Virus record (IMG/VR): IMGVR_UViG_3300047160_003234
Coordinates: 1-64,000 of that record
Origin: a virus
Strand: one strand, 5' to 3'
DNA length: 64,000 nucleotides
Below, piece after piece: positions 53,721 to 62,716 of the stretch; positions within the stretch are counted from its first letter, which is position 1; each line of letters starts with the position of its first letter. Made by a program: the position numbers and the translations under genes. The notes under the pieces are model-generated. The model ran no database searches. It was not told the origin of the DNA and was given only the letters and a program-made list of their open reading frames with translations.

Positions 53721-54412
53721 GGCGTCTGGACCCCGTACTGGGTGAAGGTCGTCCTCACCGAGCCCGCCCCGCTGTTCAAGAGAAGGCGCACCCAGATCGG
53801 CGGCACGGGCATGTTGAAGGTCTGATTGCCGGTGGCGTTGACCGCGCCGCTGAAAGTCGTGTCCCAGACCATGTTCTGGCGCGTGATCCCGGCGAAATTA
53901 TTCAGGTCGTTCGGGTCGTCCATGGAATGCTGGACGGTATAGTTCACTGTTCCCGCGACGACGCAGGAGACAGAAAGCGGGCTTCCTTTGCCCCACTCGT
54001 CGAGACGCGCTTGACGGCTCGACCATGGGGCGGCTGCGGTGCCGATCGAGGCTCCGGCCCCGGCAGGGACCGCCAGCGACCAGACCGCCATGACTGTGCG
54101 GAAGAGGTCATTGGTCGTGACCGATCCGGCGTTCGCGCCGTGGATCATCTCGGAGAGCGGCTGGCCCGACCAGTCGGTCCCCTGAACGGTGAACCAGTTC
54201 AGGCTGTCGTTGCCAGCCGAAGTGATGAGGACTTGCCGCGGCTGATCGAGAAGCACGCCAATGCCGGGAGCAAACGCTGCGCCGCCAGTCGGCGTGCCGT
54301 TGAGGTTGAACGGATATTGCCCGTTTACAAGCGACGGCGCTTGTTGGGTCGCGATGGCGGTCGCCGACCCCGCCGCTAGGTTCGGCCCGAGAGAGAGGAT
54401 GATCGGCTTCAT
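53717..54412 (-). CDS. Virion structural protein (decoration-like)
   Basis: PRQVLITSAGNDS...FTV.GTD..G...SE.I.G; GTVNYTVQHS.DD. Confidence 0.65.
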   Translation of the reverse strand: MKPIILSLGPNLAAGSATAIATQQAPSLVNGQYPFNLNGTPTGGAAFAPGIGVLLDQPRQVLITSAGNDSLNWFTVQGTDWSGQPLSEMIHGANAGSVTTNDLFRTVMAVWSLAVPAGAGASIGTAAAPWSSRQARLDEWGKGSPLSVSCVVAGTVNYTVQHSMDDPNDLNNFAGITRQNMVWDTTFSGAVNATGNQTFNMPVPPIWVRLLLNSGAGSVRTTFTQYGVQTP

Positions 54413-54660
54413 TTTCTTCCCTGCCTTCCGAGGTGCGGTTTACGGCTGCGCCCGTCGATGAAGCCGCCGCGCTTCTTGGCTTGAGCGAGGATGCGGTTGG
54501 CCTTGGCGTCGATCGCCGCCTTGTCAGGATCGTTGTGCATTGCCGCAAAGCCCTTCGCGATTGCGGCATGACGGGCGTCAGACATCGGATAGCCACCGGA
54601 CTCCGGCTTCCCCAATCGAGAAGCTGGGAGCTTGGCCCTCGTCTTGGCCGACACGGTCAT
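54409..54660 (-). CDS. Small basic protein
   Basis: RAKLPAS...P....YPM.D..HA..A; GGAG SD. Confidence 0.6.
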   Translation of the reverse strand: MTVSAKTRAKLPASRLGKPESGGYPMSDARHAAIAKGFAAMHNDPDKAAIDAKANRILAQAKKRGGFIDGRSRKPHLGRQGRK

Positions 54661-54674
54661 CTGGCCATCTCCTC

Positions 54675-54716
54675 AAAAAAAGAACCGCCGCCTCCTACCG
54701 CGAAGGAGACGGCGGC
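54675..54716 (-). terminator. Rho-independent terminator
   Basis: Minus-strand stem CCGCCGTCTCCT/AGGAGGCGGCGG followed by TTCTTTTTTT. Confidence 0.8.
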
Positions 54717-54807
54717 CCTGTCGGAAAAGGCGCCCGTTTCCTATGTTCGTGAAGGCTGGGCTGCCATCGCTCTCAACTGGACGCTTGAGCGTCTTCTCCG
54801 AACTCCT

Positions 54808-55236
54808 TTAAGGCGTCTTCGCGCTCTCGGGCATGATGTGGCGCTGTTTTGGGGGCTTCGGCGTGTCGGCCGAGGTCCGCGGGCGAAGGTCCGAACCCGC
54901 CCCGCCGCCCTTGACGTGGCCGCCTCCGGCCCGGCCGGGGCGCCCCATGTTGGGACGCTTGCCCTTGCCGAAGGGAACGAAGCCGCCTTTCTTCCGCCCG
55001 ATCCGGCCGCCGGTCTTCTTCTCCTCGCGCTCCTCCTCCTCCTCGACCGCGCCGCCCTTGGCGCGAAAAAGAGGGCCGGAGCCGCGGGTGATCGTGTCGT
55101 CGGGCGCGTTCTTGGGATGAAAGCCCTTGGCCTCCTTGACGACGTTGTAGCAGCTCTCTTTTTTGAGGTCGCCGCCTGATTCGCCAGCGCCCGGCACTGA
55201 GCCGCCGCGGGCGTATGCGTCTCTTCTGGCCGCCAT
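54808..55236 (-). CDS. Basic low-complexity protein with repeated x-x-GG motifs
   Basis: YARGG, RAKGG, KKTGGRIGRKKGG, RAGGG; AAGGAGG SD. Confidence 0.75.
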   Translation of the reverse strand: MAARRDAYARGGSVPGAGESGGDLKKESCYNVVKEAKGFHPKNAPDDTITRGSGPLFRAKGGAVEEEEEREEKKTGGRIGRKKGGFVPFGKGKRPNMGRPGRAGGGHVKGGGAGSDLRPRTSADTPKPPKQRHIMPESAKTP

Positions 55237-55249
55237 CGATAGGGCCTCC

Positions 55250-56533
55250 TTAAACCGGCGGAACGCCGAGCAGCGAGCCCGGGTTGATGCCTGTGGCCAG
55301 AGCCACTTGGAACGGATCGAGCTGCTGCTGGATGGTCAAGAACGATGTGCCGACGAGGGTGATCGCGCCCGCCGAAGGCGGGGTCAGCCCGAGCGCTGTC
55401 GCCGGGCCGTTGCCGGTCACCTGAATTCCGCCCGCCACGTCTCCGGTCGATGTCGTCGCAGGATTGGTCGTGTCGGCGGGAATGACGGTGAAATTGAACG
55501 AGCCGCCGTAGGCCGTTTGCGCGGTTTGCGTGCCGAGCGGTCCATATAGGACCGAGGCGATCGAGTTGATCGACATGACCGAGAGCGGCAGGCCGATGAA
55601 GTCAGAGACAACGACCTGAACCGACGTGCGCGCGCCATCGGCGGCGAGCGGGGTGCAGGACAAGAACAGATCGTAAGTCTTTTTGCCCCAAGTCGTTCCC
55701 GCAGCTTGCGGGATGGTGATGATCTCGCTCTGCGGCAGGCCCCAGCCGCTGATCCCTTGAATGAGATATTGGCAACCACCCGCGGCTCCGGTGCCAACGG
55801 ACACGATGCCGAGGCCGCGCGTATTGCCGCACTCAGGGATCGAGATGCGCGCCGATCCAGCGGCGGCTTCCGATGTAAGGGCGGTGGGGGCCCCGGCGCC
55901 GTAGAGGTTAGGGTTGAAGCGATTGGTGAGGGCAATCGTTCCCGTGCCGTTAACGAGCGGGGCTGGCGAGACGTTGATCACGCCGGTCGAGGCGACGATC
56001 GATTGAACCTGAGTGAACTGATATGAATTGGCTGGCGAGTTCAAAAGACACAGCCACATGCCGGGCTTATTGTACCGCCAGATGTTTGCGAGGACTGTCG
56101 GGGCGACGTTGAGGGTGACAGTGCCCGCGGTGGCGAAGGTAGCGGAGTCGATTTGCATATCGATGGCGATCGCAGGAGTGGCGACGCCATTGAACATTTG
56201 GGTGACCGGCGCGCGCCCGGTGGCGTAGGTCGAAAGAGGCGCAATCGGCGTGTTGGCGACCGGCGCGGTGGCGGCGGTCAAGGTAGCGGCGGCGCCCCCG
56301 GGCTGAATCGCGGCGTTGATCGTCCGCATGGGGACGCAAGCCGAGAGGCTCGCGATAGTGCCGGGGCCCGTCCGGTCCTTGCTGACCGCGGCCGCAGTCG
56401 CTGGAATCCCATACCCCGCCCAATAGAGGGACGGCCCGATCTCGTCGGAATATTCCCGTGGCTGCTGGCCCTGCTGGCCTCCGGCCAAGCCGCCGAGGAC
56501 GAGGACCGGGCCCGTGAATGTTTCCTTCGCCAT
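55250..56533 (-). CDS. Virion structural protein
   Basis: Begins MAKETFTGPV; beta-rich; downstream of the capsid gene. Confidence 0.7.
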   Translation of the reverse strand: MAKETFTGPVLVLGGLAGGQQGQQPREYSDEIGPSLYWAGYGIPATAAAVSKDRTGPGTIASLSACVPMRTINAAIQPGGAAATLTAATAPVANTPIAPLSTYATGRAPVTQMFNGVATPAIAIDMQIDSATFATAGTVTLNVAPTVLANIWRYNKPGMWLCLLNSPANSYQFTQVQSIVASTGVINVSPAPLVNGTGTIALTNRFNPNLYGAGAPTALTSEAAAGSARISIPECGNTRGLGIVSVGTGAAGGCQYLIQGISGWGLPQSEIITIPQAAGTTWGKKTYDLFLSCTPLAADGARTSVQVVVSDFIGLPLSVMSINSIASVLYGPLGTQTAQTAYGGSFNFTVIPADTTNPATTSTGDVAGGIQVTGNGPATALGLTPPSAGAITLVGTSFLTIQQQLDPFQVALATGINPGSLLGVPPV

Positions 56534-56534
56534 C

Positions 56535-57038
56535 TTATTCGTACCTCGCGAAGTCGCCGTGGAGGGCATCGAGGGCTTCGGTCCTCGCCTTATGAGCGTC
56601 TTCCGCGGTTAAAAACCAACCCAGATGATGCACTTTCCCGTCTTTCGTAACCGTTGCCCGGTATCGCGCTCTCGACTTTGATGGATCGTAGGCCACACCC
56701 TTAAACCCAGTTGTATTGTTTTTGTACCGCTTGCTGTTCGACTTGTTCTCCGACTGTGTGCATTCCCTCAGATTTTCGAACCGATCATCGGATGTATTGC
56801 GATTTCGGTGGTCAATCTGGTTTTTAGGCCACTCTCCTGTCACCAAGAGCCACGCTACCCGGCACGCTCGATAGTCCTTCCCCCGAAGATGCAGATAGAC
56901 ATACCCTTCTGCATTGCGTCTTGCGGTGACCGTCCCAGCCGGTATTCGACCATAGCGACCCGCTGGCCGCTTCCATCGAAAGACCCCCGTTTCCCGATCG
57001 TAGCTGACATCCTCCTCGATCTCTTCCTTCGTAAGCAC
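56535..57038 (-). CDS. HNH-AP2 homing endonuclease
   Basis: IDHRNRNTSDDRFENLRE; NNTTGFKGV...HLGWF.TAEDA; GTG start. Confidence 0.9.
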   Translation of the reverse strand: MLTKEEIEEDVSYDRETGVFRWKRPAGRYGRIPAGTVTARRNAEGYVYLHLRGKDYRACRVAWLLVTGEWPKNQIDHRNRNTSDDRFENLRECTQSENKSNSKRYKNNTTGFKGVAYDPSKSRARYRATVTKDGKVHHLGWFLTAEDAHKARTEALDALHGDFARYE

Positions 57039-57040
57039 GG

Positions 57041-57067
57041 CACTCTCCCTTTTGGATGGGGAGAGTG
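57041..57067 (-). promoter_or_regulatory. Hairpin occluding the SD of the HNH gene
   Basis: CACTCTCCC...GGGAGAGTG 9-bp stem ending 2 nt before GTG. Confidence 0.7.
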
Positions 57068-57078
57068 TAACACACACT

Positions 57079-57993
57079 CTATTGCGTGGGAAACGAGCCC
57101 CACGCGGCTCTGAAGTCGAAATAGCCGAAGCTATAACGTTCATACCCCTTAACCAGTAAGTTATCTGTAGTAAAATCAACCTGCATGTCAAGTTCAAATG
57201 CGACTCTCTGTAAGTATAGAAGACCTTCTTGGTCCGTCAATACGAACCACGCTGTTGGCGATGTTAGGTAATCATGCACCAAATGACCATCAGGAATGCC
57301 TCCAGAAGTCTCAGGGATGGCATTAATATCATTGTCGCTGGTGCCGGGACGTAGCACTGTTCTTAAGAGCCGGATGGCGATGGGTTCGAGCGCGATCGGG
57401 ACGATGACCTTGCGGGCCCTCGCCTGCATGCGGAGCCCGGCGTTGTCCCTGAACGCGCCGCGGATCGAGGCCTGCGCGTTGAGGAGCGAGGCCTCGTTCA
57501 GATCCATGTCGACGGGGAAGCGATTCGGCACCACTCCCGTATCGATGGGGTGGTTCAACGAAAAGAGCGGCTGCTGGTCGCCTAAAATCGTCGGATCATA
57601 GGTGGTGCCAGTGTTGAGGACATACGCGCCGTAGATCTCCTTGGTCTGATTGAACGATTTCTGGAGTCCCAAGTTCGATGGTTGCCACTGCCTCTTGTAG
57701 AGATTGTCGTCAATCATCTTTCTGGTGAACGCATATCCGAGCCCTATCTCCTTGTGATACTGGTTATAGACATACCGTTCACCGGCCTGATTATCGAAGG
57801 TTGTCGGGCCGCCTTCGTTCTTAAGCGCCGCCAGCGCAAGGAAGCGCATCGAGGCGGTTCTCTCCACCGACATGTAGCTCTTGTCGACGTGGAAGATCTT
57901 CGGGTAGATCCGGTCGATGTCCTTGTATTGACCGGCGACCTTTCTTAAGCCAGGAAATAAAAGGTCATAAGCCTGGGCGACGCTGACTGCGAT
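57079..57993 (-). CDS. Major capsid protein (probable ATC start)
   Basis: LLFPGLR...KNEGG...YHKEIGLGYAFTRKMIDDNLY...LIVP-like VIVPIAL...DYLTSPTAWF...KGYERYSFG. Confidence 0.9.
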   Translation of the reverse strand: MAVSVAQAYDLLFPGLRKVAGQYKDIDRIYPKIFHVDKSYMSVERTASMRFLALAALKNEGGPTTFDNQAGERYVYNQYHKEIGLGYAFTRKMIDDNLYKRQWQPSNLGLQKSFNQTKEIYGAYVLNTGTTYDPTILGDQQPLFSLNHPIDTGVVPNRFPVDMDLNEASLLNAQASIRGAFRDNAGLRMQARARKVIVPIALEPIAIRLLRTVLRPGTSDNDINAIPETSGGIPDGHLVHDYLTSPTAWFVLTDQEGLLYLQRVAFELDMQVDFTTDNLLVKGYERYSFGYFDFRAAWGSFPTQ

Positions 57994-57998
57994 CGGAG

Positions 57999-58751
57999 TT
58001 ACTCCCGAGTAATGACGCTGTATTTCTTGCGTTTGTGTCGCAAGAGATACTCAGCGCCAAGGCGAAGAACGTTCGGGTCTTCTTCAGCCAAGCCGATCAA
58101 CCAATTGCAATGCGCGCACAATAGTTCGCGCACACCGCCTGTTACATGGTCATGATCGACTTGGAGCGGTTTCACGCGGCCTGTTCTGCCGCGTTGCTTC
58201 TCAGGCTTTCCGCATATGGCGCAGAGGCCATTTTGCGCTTTGAACATCCGGTCGTAATCGGCGCTATTGCGCCCATAGCGGCGCACAAGGCCATAGCCGT
58301 GCCGCGTCTTCGCGCTGATTTTGCCGTCACCGTCGTAACGGTCTTCATCGCGCAGGCGAAGGTTGGCGAAACGCAGGTTTAGGGCGTCCCCGTCGATTGG
58401 ATAGACGTTCCCTGTCGGCCACTTTCCGGCTTGAAACGCCCAGGCAAGCGCCATTGCCCTCGCGCGGCCCCCGGGGACGCTGATGCGACTATTCCCACGA
58501 TTTTTAATGACGACTTCCGCGCCATCCCGCAGGAAGCGGCCGGTTTCCGGTTCATATTGGAGGTAGCGCTGGAAGAGCGCGAGGTCGTGCTTTTGGCGCT
58601 CTCGCGGCGCCTGCTCCGCCAGGAACATCTTGTCAGGCGTGACATTCGCCAGCACGCGATTATACATAGCGCGCGGCGTAATCTTCAGCTCACGCGCCCA
58701 ATCGACGACGCTCATGGTCTTCCCGTCGTGGGTCAAAAGTCTCGGCTTCAT
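57999..58751 (-). CDS. Endonuclease VII-type homing endonuclease
   Basis: QNGLCAICG...LQVDHDHVTG.VR.LLC..CN..IG; N-terminal DNA-binding modules. Confidence 0.9.
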   Translation of the reverse strand: MKPRLLTHDGKTMSVVDWARELKITPRAMYNRVLANVTPDKMFLAEQAPRERQKHDLALFQRYLQYEPETGRFLRDGAEVVIKNRGNSRISVPGGRARAMALAWAFQAGKWPTGNVYPIDGDALNLRFANLRLRDEDRYDGDGKISAKTRHGYGLVRRYGRNSADYDRMFKAQNGLCAICGKPEKQRGRTGRVKPLQVDHDHVTGGVRELLCAHCNWLIGLAEEDPNVLRLGAEYLLRHKRKKYSVITRE

Positions 58752-58819
58752 CGCATCCTCCTTGATGGACGTTTCCGAGACGATATGGGGCACGAACGCG
58801 GAAATTGCCAGTATCCTCC

Positions 58820-59449
58820 TCAGATGCCAGTCACCCCAGCCTTGAAGTCCTGCTGGTTGAACGTGACATAGACCCAGTTATACGCGGTCGTTGGGTCTGC
58901 TCCATTTGATCCCGGCGGGTCGCGCACGAGATCGACTACACGGAACGGGTAAGTCGCGGTCGTGCCTACGACAGTCGTGTCGAGGGTGACGTTCGACCGG
59001 CCCGAAGCGTTGGGGTTGGGGCTAAGGCTGTTGTTGAAGCACCAGCCGATGTTGTTGCCGACCATCGCCATGGTGACCTGACCGCCAGCGCCGCTCGTCC
59101 CGGCCTGCACTCTGAAGACGGTCAAGGGATCGTCGATGACCTCGGCTTCGATGTCGAAGCCCGTGCCCGAGACGACGGCGTCGGTGGTGCCGGGCCAGAA
59201 ATTCGACCAGACCCTCTTGCGCTGCGAGATCGACATGTAGTTGCAGCCAAGGAAGATGCCGGAGATCTGGGAGTTGTAGGTGCCCGGCACGCCGATATAG
59301 CCGGTGGCGAGCTGAATGAAGGGGTCGCCGAAATAGATGGCCGCGGGAGGCGAAGACGCCGAAATCCAGCGTCGGCTCATCTGGTAAGTGGGAGCGGCCC
59401 CGAGCCTGTTCGAGTCGGAGAATCCGAATGGGGCGAGAGTGTTGGCCAT
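58820..59449 (-). CDS. Capsid-associated structural protein
   Basis: MANTLAPFGF, IYFGD, GIFLGC.Y, VIDDP...F.VQ; upstream of capsid gene. Confidence 0.7.
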   Translation of the reverse strand: MANTLAPFGFSDSNRLGAAPTYQMSRRWISASSPPAAIYFGDPFIQLATGYIGVPGTYNSQISGIFLGCNYMSISQRKRVWSNFWPGTTDAVVSGTGFDIEAEVIDDPLTVFRVQAGTSGAGGQVTMAMVGNNIGWCFNNSLSPNPNASGRSNVTLDTTVVGTTATYPFRVVDLVRDPPGSNGADPTTAYNWVYVTFNQQDFKAGVTGI

Positions 59450-59565
59450 GGCGCGATGATCCCTTCCGCGAGGCGGAAATTTCAGGGTTTCATCGTCGCC
59501 GAGCGCCGGAGACGAAAGGTCGTCTTTCTAAGCAAAGGGAGCGAGCGCCGCTCCCTCGCCTGCGG

Positions 59566-60141
59566 CTAGTCTGGCACTCTGATCGGCCCGACCGAATGCC
59601 CGAATCGAGGAACCGTCTTCAGATGCTGGTCGCGCGGCGCCGTCCCGGGTGGCGCTTCACTGATCGCAGCTTCTTTGGCGCGGACCTGTCCAACCGCTTT
59701 GCGAAACTCCAACATTCTCCGCCTCTCTGTCAACTCCTTCGGGCGCTCGTAGAGCATCATGCCGTCTTGGATGATCGATGCGCTACTGTATCCCGGGTAG
59801 AGTTTTTCCCGGTGGCGGTTGGCAGGGACAGGGCTCCAGCCATTTCTTTGAAGCGCGTTTGCGTAGTCAGGGAATTCCTTATTGAAGACGGTATGATTTT
59901 TCCATTCATACGTCCATCCCGGCGGGGCCTCGACATACCATTTATCGAGGTATAGATCGCTATCCTCGTTTTCGAAATCGCCTAAACTTTGCCGTAGCTC
60001 GGCAATACGCTCGCGGGCGCGCTGAAGATGATCGACGAAGCCTTCCGGTTTTTCTTGTTCGCTTCGCCAATCCGGCCGCGCTGAGACCCGGCCGCCGTTG
60101 CCTGCGCCCATAATCGGGCTGGTTTCTTCGTCGTCAGTCAT
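59566..60141 (-). CDS. Conserved head-module protein
   Basis: PPGWTYEWK...GWSPVPA.RH...GMMLYERP. Confidence 0.7.
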   Translation of the reverse strand: MTDDEETSPIMGAGNGGRVSARPDWRSEQEKPEGFVDHLQRARERIAELRQSLGDFENEDSDLYLDKWYVEAPPGWTYEWKNHTVFNKEFPDYANALQRNGWSPVPANRHREKLYPGYSSASIIQDGMMLYERPKELTERRRMLEFRKAVGQVRAKEAAISEAPPGTAPRDQHLKTVPRFGHSVGPIRVPD

Positions 60142-61172
60142 GCCCGGGTTCCCAACATTTTGCCGCTCGCCTGCGCGTCGAGGAGCGCTTCGGCGTACTC
60201 CTCGTCGGTCATGCCCAAGACCTCGCGGGCGTGCTCCCGCTGGCGCGAGGTGAGCTGGACGGCCTGCCGCCGGGTGCGCCCGTCGGAGAGGCGGGGCGAA
60301 TCATTGCGGGCCGGGGCGGCCATGCGCTGGCCCATCGGCCGCGGCTCGCGGCGCGGCGCCTCTCTCACCGGAGGCTCGCCCATTTCCAGAAGCTCCTCGA
60401 TCTTGTCGAAATAGGCCTGCGTCTCGGGGATGAGCTTGAATTTGTTGACGGCGAGCTTGTGGGCCGAATCGACGTCGTCGATCCCCTGCCGATCGCGCAC
60501 CGCCTCGGGATGCGCCCTGATCCACGCCGCTGACTTCGGATAGCCGGTGCGGTCGAGATGGCCGGAGAGGTTACGGACGTTGTCTTCCGACGTCGGCTGA
60601 AAGGTCTGTTGCCGCTGCGGCTGGGGCTGCTGGCGCTGGGGCGGGGCTTCCTCCAGCATCGCCTTCTGCTCATGGAGCCGCAGGAGATTGGCGCGCGTGT
60701 CGGAAAGCGCGATCTGGGCCCGCGTCGCGCCAGCATGATCGCCGCGATCGAGCGCGGCCTGAAACGCCATCGCCGCCTGTTCGGACATCCGCGTCGCTTC
60801 GCCGATCGCCGCGTCTACGGTCGCAGTGTTGGCCGCCGCCATGCCGCGCTCGGCGTTGACCCGGGCGTTGAACTCAGCCTGCGCGACTTGCGTCGCCCGC
60901 GCCGTCATCTGCTGCTGGTTGAAAAGCTGGCGCTTGAGTTCCGTCACCCCTTCGTCGTCACGCTGCGGCTCGGGCTCGGGCGAAGCCCGCATCGGCGTGT
61001 CGAGTTCTTCTTTCTCAGGCTTCCGATCGCCTTTTCGGATCGGTTCGCCGCCGATCACCACCGTCTTGGCTGGCAGGCGCTCCTCGACCGCCTGATCGTC
61101 ATCCGCCAGACCCGCGAACGGGCTTAATTGTTCATCGTCGCGGACGTCGGGATCGCTCGAAACTCTGGCCAT
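60138..61172 (-). CDS. Probable scaffolding protein
   Basis: Acidic N-terminus, coiled coil, LT..QRE.A...GMT.EEYA tail. Confidence 0.7.
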   Translation of the reverse strand: MARVSSDPDVRDDEQLSPFAGLADDDQAVEERLPAKTVVIGGEPIRKGDRKPEKEELDTPMRASPEPEPQRDDEGVTELKRQLFNQQQMTARATQVAQAEFNARVNAERGMAAANTATVDAAIGEATRMSEQAAMAFQAALDRGDHAGATRAQIALSDTRANLLRLHEQKAMLEEAPPQRQQPQPQRQQTFQPTSEDNVRNLSGHLDRTGYPKSAAWIRAHPEAVRDRQGIDDVDSAHKLAVNKFKLIPETQAYFDKIEELLEMGEPPVREAPRREPRPMGQRMAAPARNDSPRLSDGRTRRQAVQLTSRQREHAREVLGMTDEEYAEALLDAQASGKMLGTRA

Positions 61173-61174
61173 GG

Positions 61175-61630
61175 TTACCAAACCGCGTCGGGCTGCGCGA
61201 GCTTCATCTTGATGAACACGTCAGGCAGAAGGCGGCACTCGCGGGCGCCGACTGTGACTTTCATACTGTCCGAAGGCCGGAAGGCGACCCAGTCGCCCGG
61301 CTCGACGTTCTGGCCGTAGAACCTGACCCCGTCGGCGTCGACGAAGGCGCGCGGGCCCTTCTTTAAGACCATGCCGACCTTGCCCTGAAACCTGTCCTCG
61401 TCGACCGCCTCCTGCGGGATCTCGAGGCCGCCCATGGTCTTGGTCGCGGGCTGAATGTAGATCGCCACGAGGATCTGCTGGTTCATCGGCTCGACATCGT
61501 CGAGGTCTTTGCCGACGGCGTTCCAGATCGCCGCTTTCGGGTCTTCAAGGTGGATCGTACGATAACGGATGACTTCGCCTGCGGGGCGCTCGTTGTAGAT
61601 CGCCAGTCCCTGCTCGTTGAAGAGGGCCAT
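61175..61630 (-). CDS. GroES-like co-chaperonin
   Basis: EP...QILV, KTMGGLEIP, GMVLKKGP, V.PGDWV. Confidence 0.75.
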   Translation of the reverse strand: MALFNEQGLAIYNERPAGEVIRYRTIHLEDPKAAIWNAVGKDLDDVEPMNQQILVAIYIQPATKTMGGLEIPQEAVDEDRFQGKVGMVLKKGPRAFVDADGVRFYGQNVEPGDWVAFRPSDSMKVTVGARECRLLPDVFIKMKLAQPDAVW

Positions 61631-61902
61631 CAGGCCAGCTCCCAGTCGGCGGCAAGCAAGTCAGTCTGTGAGCAGAGCCACGGGACAACGTCGCCCTGCG
61701 CCGTCTTCATGTCGACGTGTGCGTGGTAGTCGACCTCTTGGCCCACGAGTTCGGGACAGGCGCGGCCCATCGGCTTTTCGCTCATGACGACGAAGCGGGA
61801 GCCGGGAACGAGAAAGAGATACATGCCCCTGCCGTTCCAGCCATGGCGCGCAACGCGCCCGCCCTTCTGCATCTCCTTCAGCGCCCAGCCGATATCGTTC
61901 AC
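61630..61902 (-). CDS. DUF2829 / Tad2-like anti-defence protein
   Basis: AL..M..G.RVAR.GWNGRGMYL...IDMK-like VDMKT...VPW..SQTDLLA.DW. Confidence 0.85.
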   Translation of the reverse strand: MNDIGWALKEMQKGGRVARHGWNGRGMYLFLVPGSRFVVMSEKPMGRACPELVGQEVDYHAHVDMKTAQGDVVPWLCSQTDLLAADWELA

Positions 61903-62117
61903 GCCATTCTCCTTCTTAGCGGGTTCTCTTCGTCCTCAAGCCGGATCTCATCGAGAAACTTGAGGGCGTCTCTGAGGCCCTTGAGGTAGCCGACTCGGCC
62001 CTGATATTCGGGATATCCGGTGAGCGTCCCCTCCATGAGGGGCTTCGTGTACTCGGCGATCTGCTCCTCGATGCGCTTGGTCAGCTCCCGACCGAGAAAG
62101 CTGGAAAAGGCGTCCAT
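61899..62117 (-). CDS. Conserved small phage protein
   Basis: L..G....YPEYQ..VG...GL..AL. Confidence 0.65.
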   Translation of the reverse strand: MDAFSSFLGRELTKRIEEQIAEYTKPLMEGTLTGYPEYQGRVGYLKGLRDALKFLDEIRLEDEENPLRRRMA

Positions 62118-62716
62118 CAGGCAATGCCTAAAGCTTGCTGCACGGTCCACCCGTGGCGTAGTCGATAACTGATCGTCTCTCGGAGCACACCAAACCGGCG
62201 ACTGGCTTCCGCCATCGTAATTTTCTCACCGCCGACATCGATCTTGGTGATTCGACGTTGGTTGCTGGCCTGTTCGCTTAAAGTCGCCCAGCGACAGTTG
62301 TTTGGTTCATAATTCCCGTCGTTATCCCTGCGATCCAATCCATGCTTCGATGGTTTGAATCCCATATCAGCAAGGAAGTTTTCATAGGTTGACCAGCGCT
62401 CGCAAACTCTAATCCCACGCTCCCCATAATTGGCGAAATCCTTATTTTTCGGGTTCTCACAACGCTGCCGCATTGCTTTCCAAATCCGGTATTCTGCTGT
62501 TTCTCGGCGTCGGCGAGCATCTCCATGCCTCAACGCGACTGGTTCGGTCCTACGACATCCACATGATTGACTGAGACCGCGCGTCAGACTGCCACGATAA
62601 ATCTGTTTTCGTTCTCCACAGTCGCAGAGACAATCCCACATTGGGGCCGTTTTCACACGACCACTGAATCCAAGGACGAGAAGACGCCCAAACCGTTGCC
62701 CAGTTAAATCTCTCAT
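62117..62716 (-). CDS. HNH-type homing endonuclease
   Basis: DLTGQRFGRL, W.CLCDCG, NYGERGIRVCERW, LDRRDNDGNYEPNNCRWAT. Confidence 0.92.
   Translation of the reverse strand: MRDLTGQRFGRLLVLGFSGRVKTAPMWDCLCDCGERKQIYRGSLTRGLSQSCGCRRTEPVALRHGDARRRRETAEYRIWKAMRQRCENPKNKDFANYGERGIRVCERWSTYENFLADMGFKPSKHGLDRRDNDGNYEPNNCRWATLSEQASNQRRITKIDVGGEKITMAEASRRFGVLRETISYRLRHGWTVQQALGIA

Noticed and set aside
1550-62716. HNH genes lying within group I introns
   Set aside because: Flanking genes are complete ORFs with their own stops and little intergenic room for ribozyme structure
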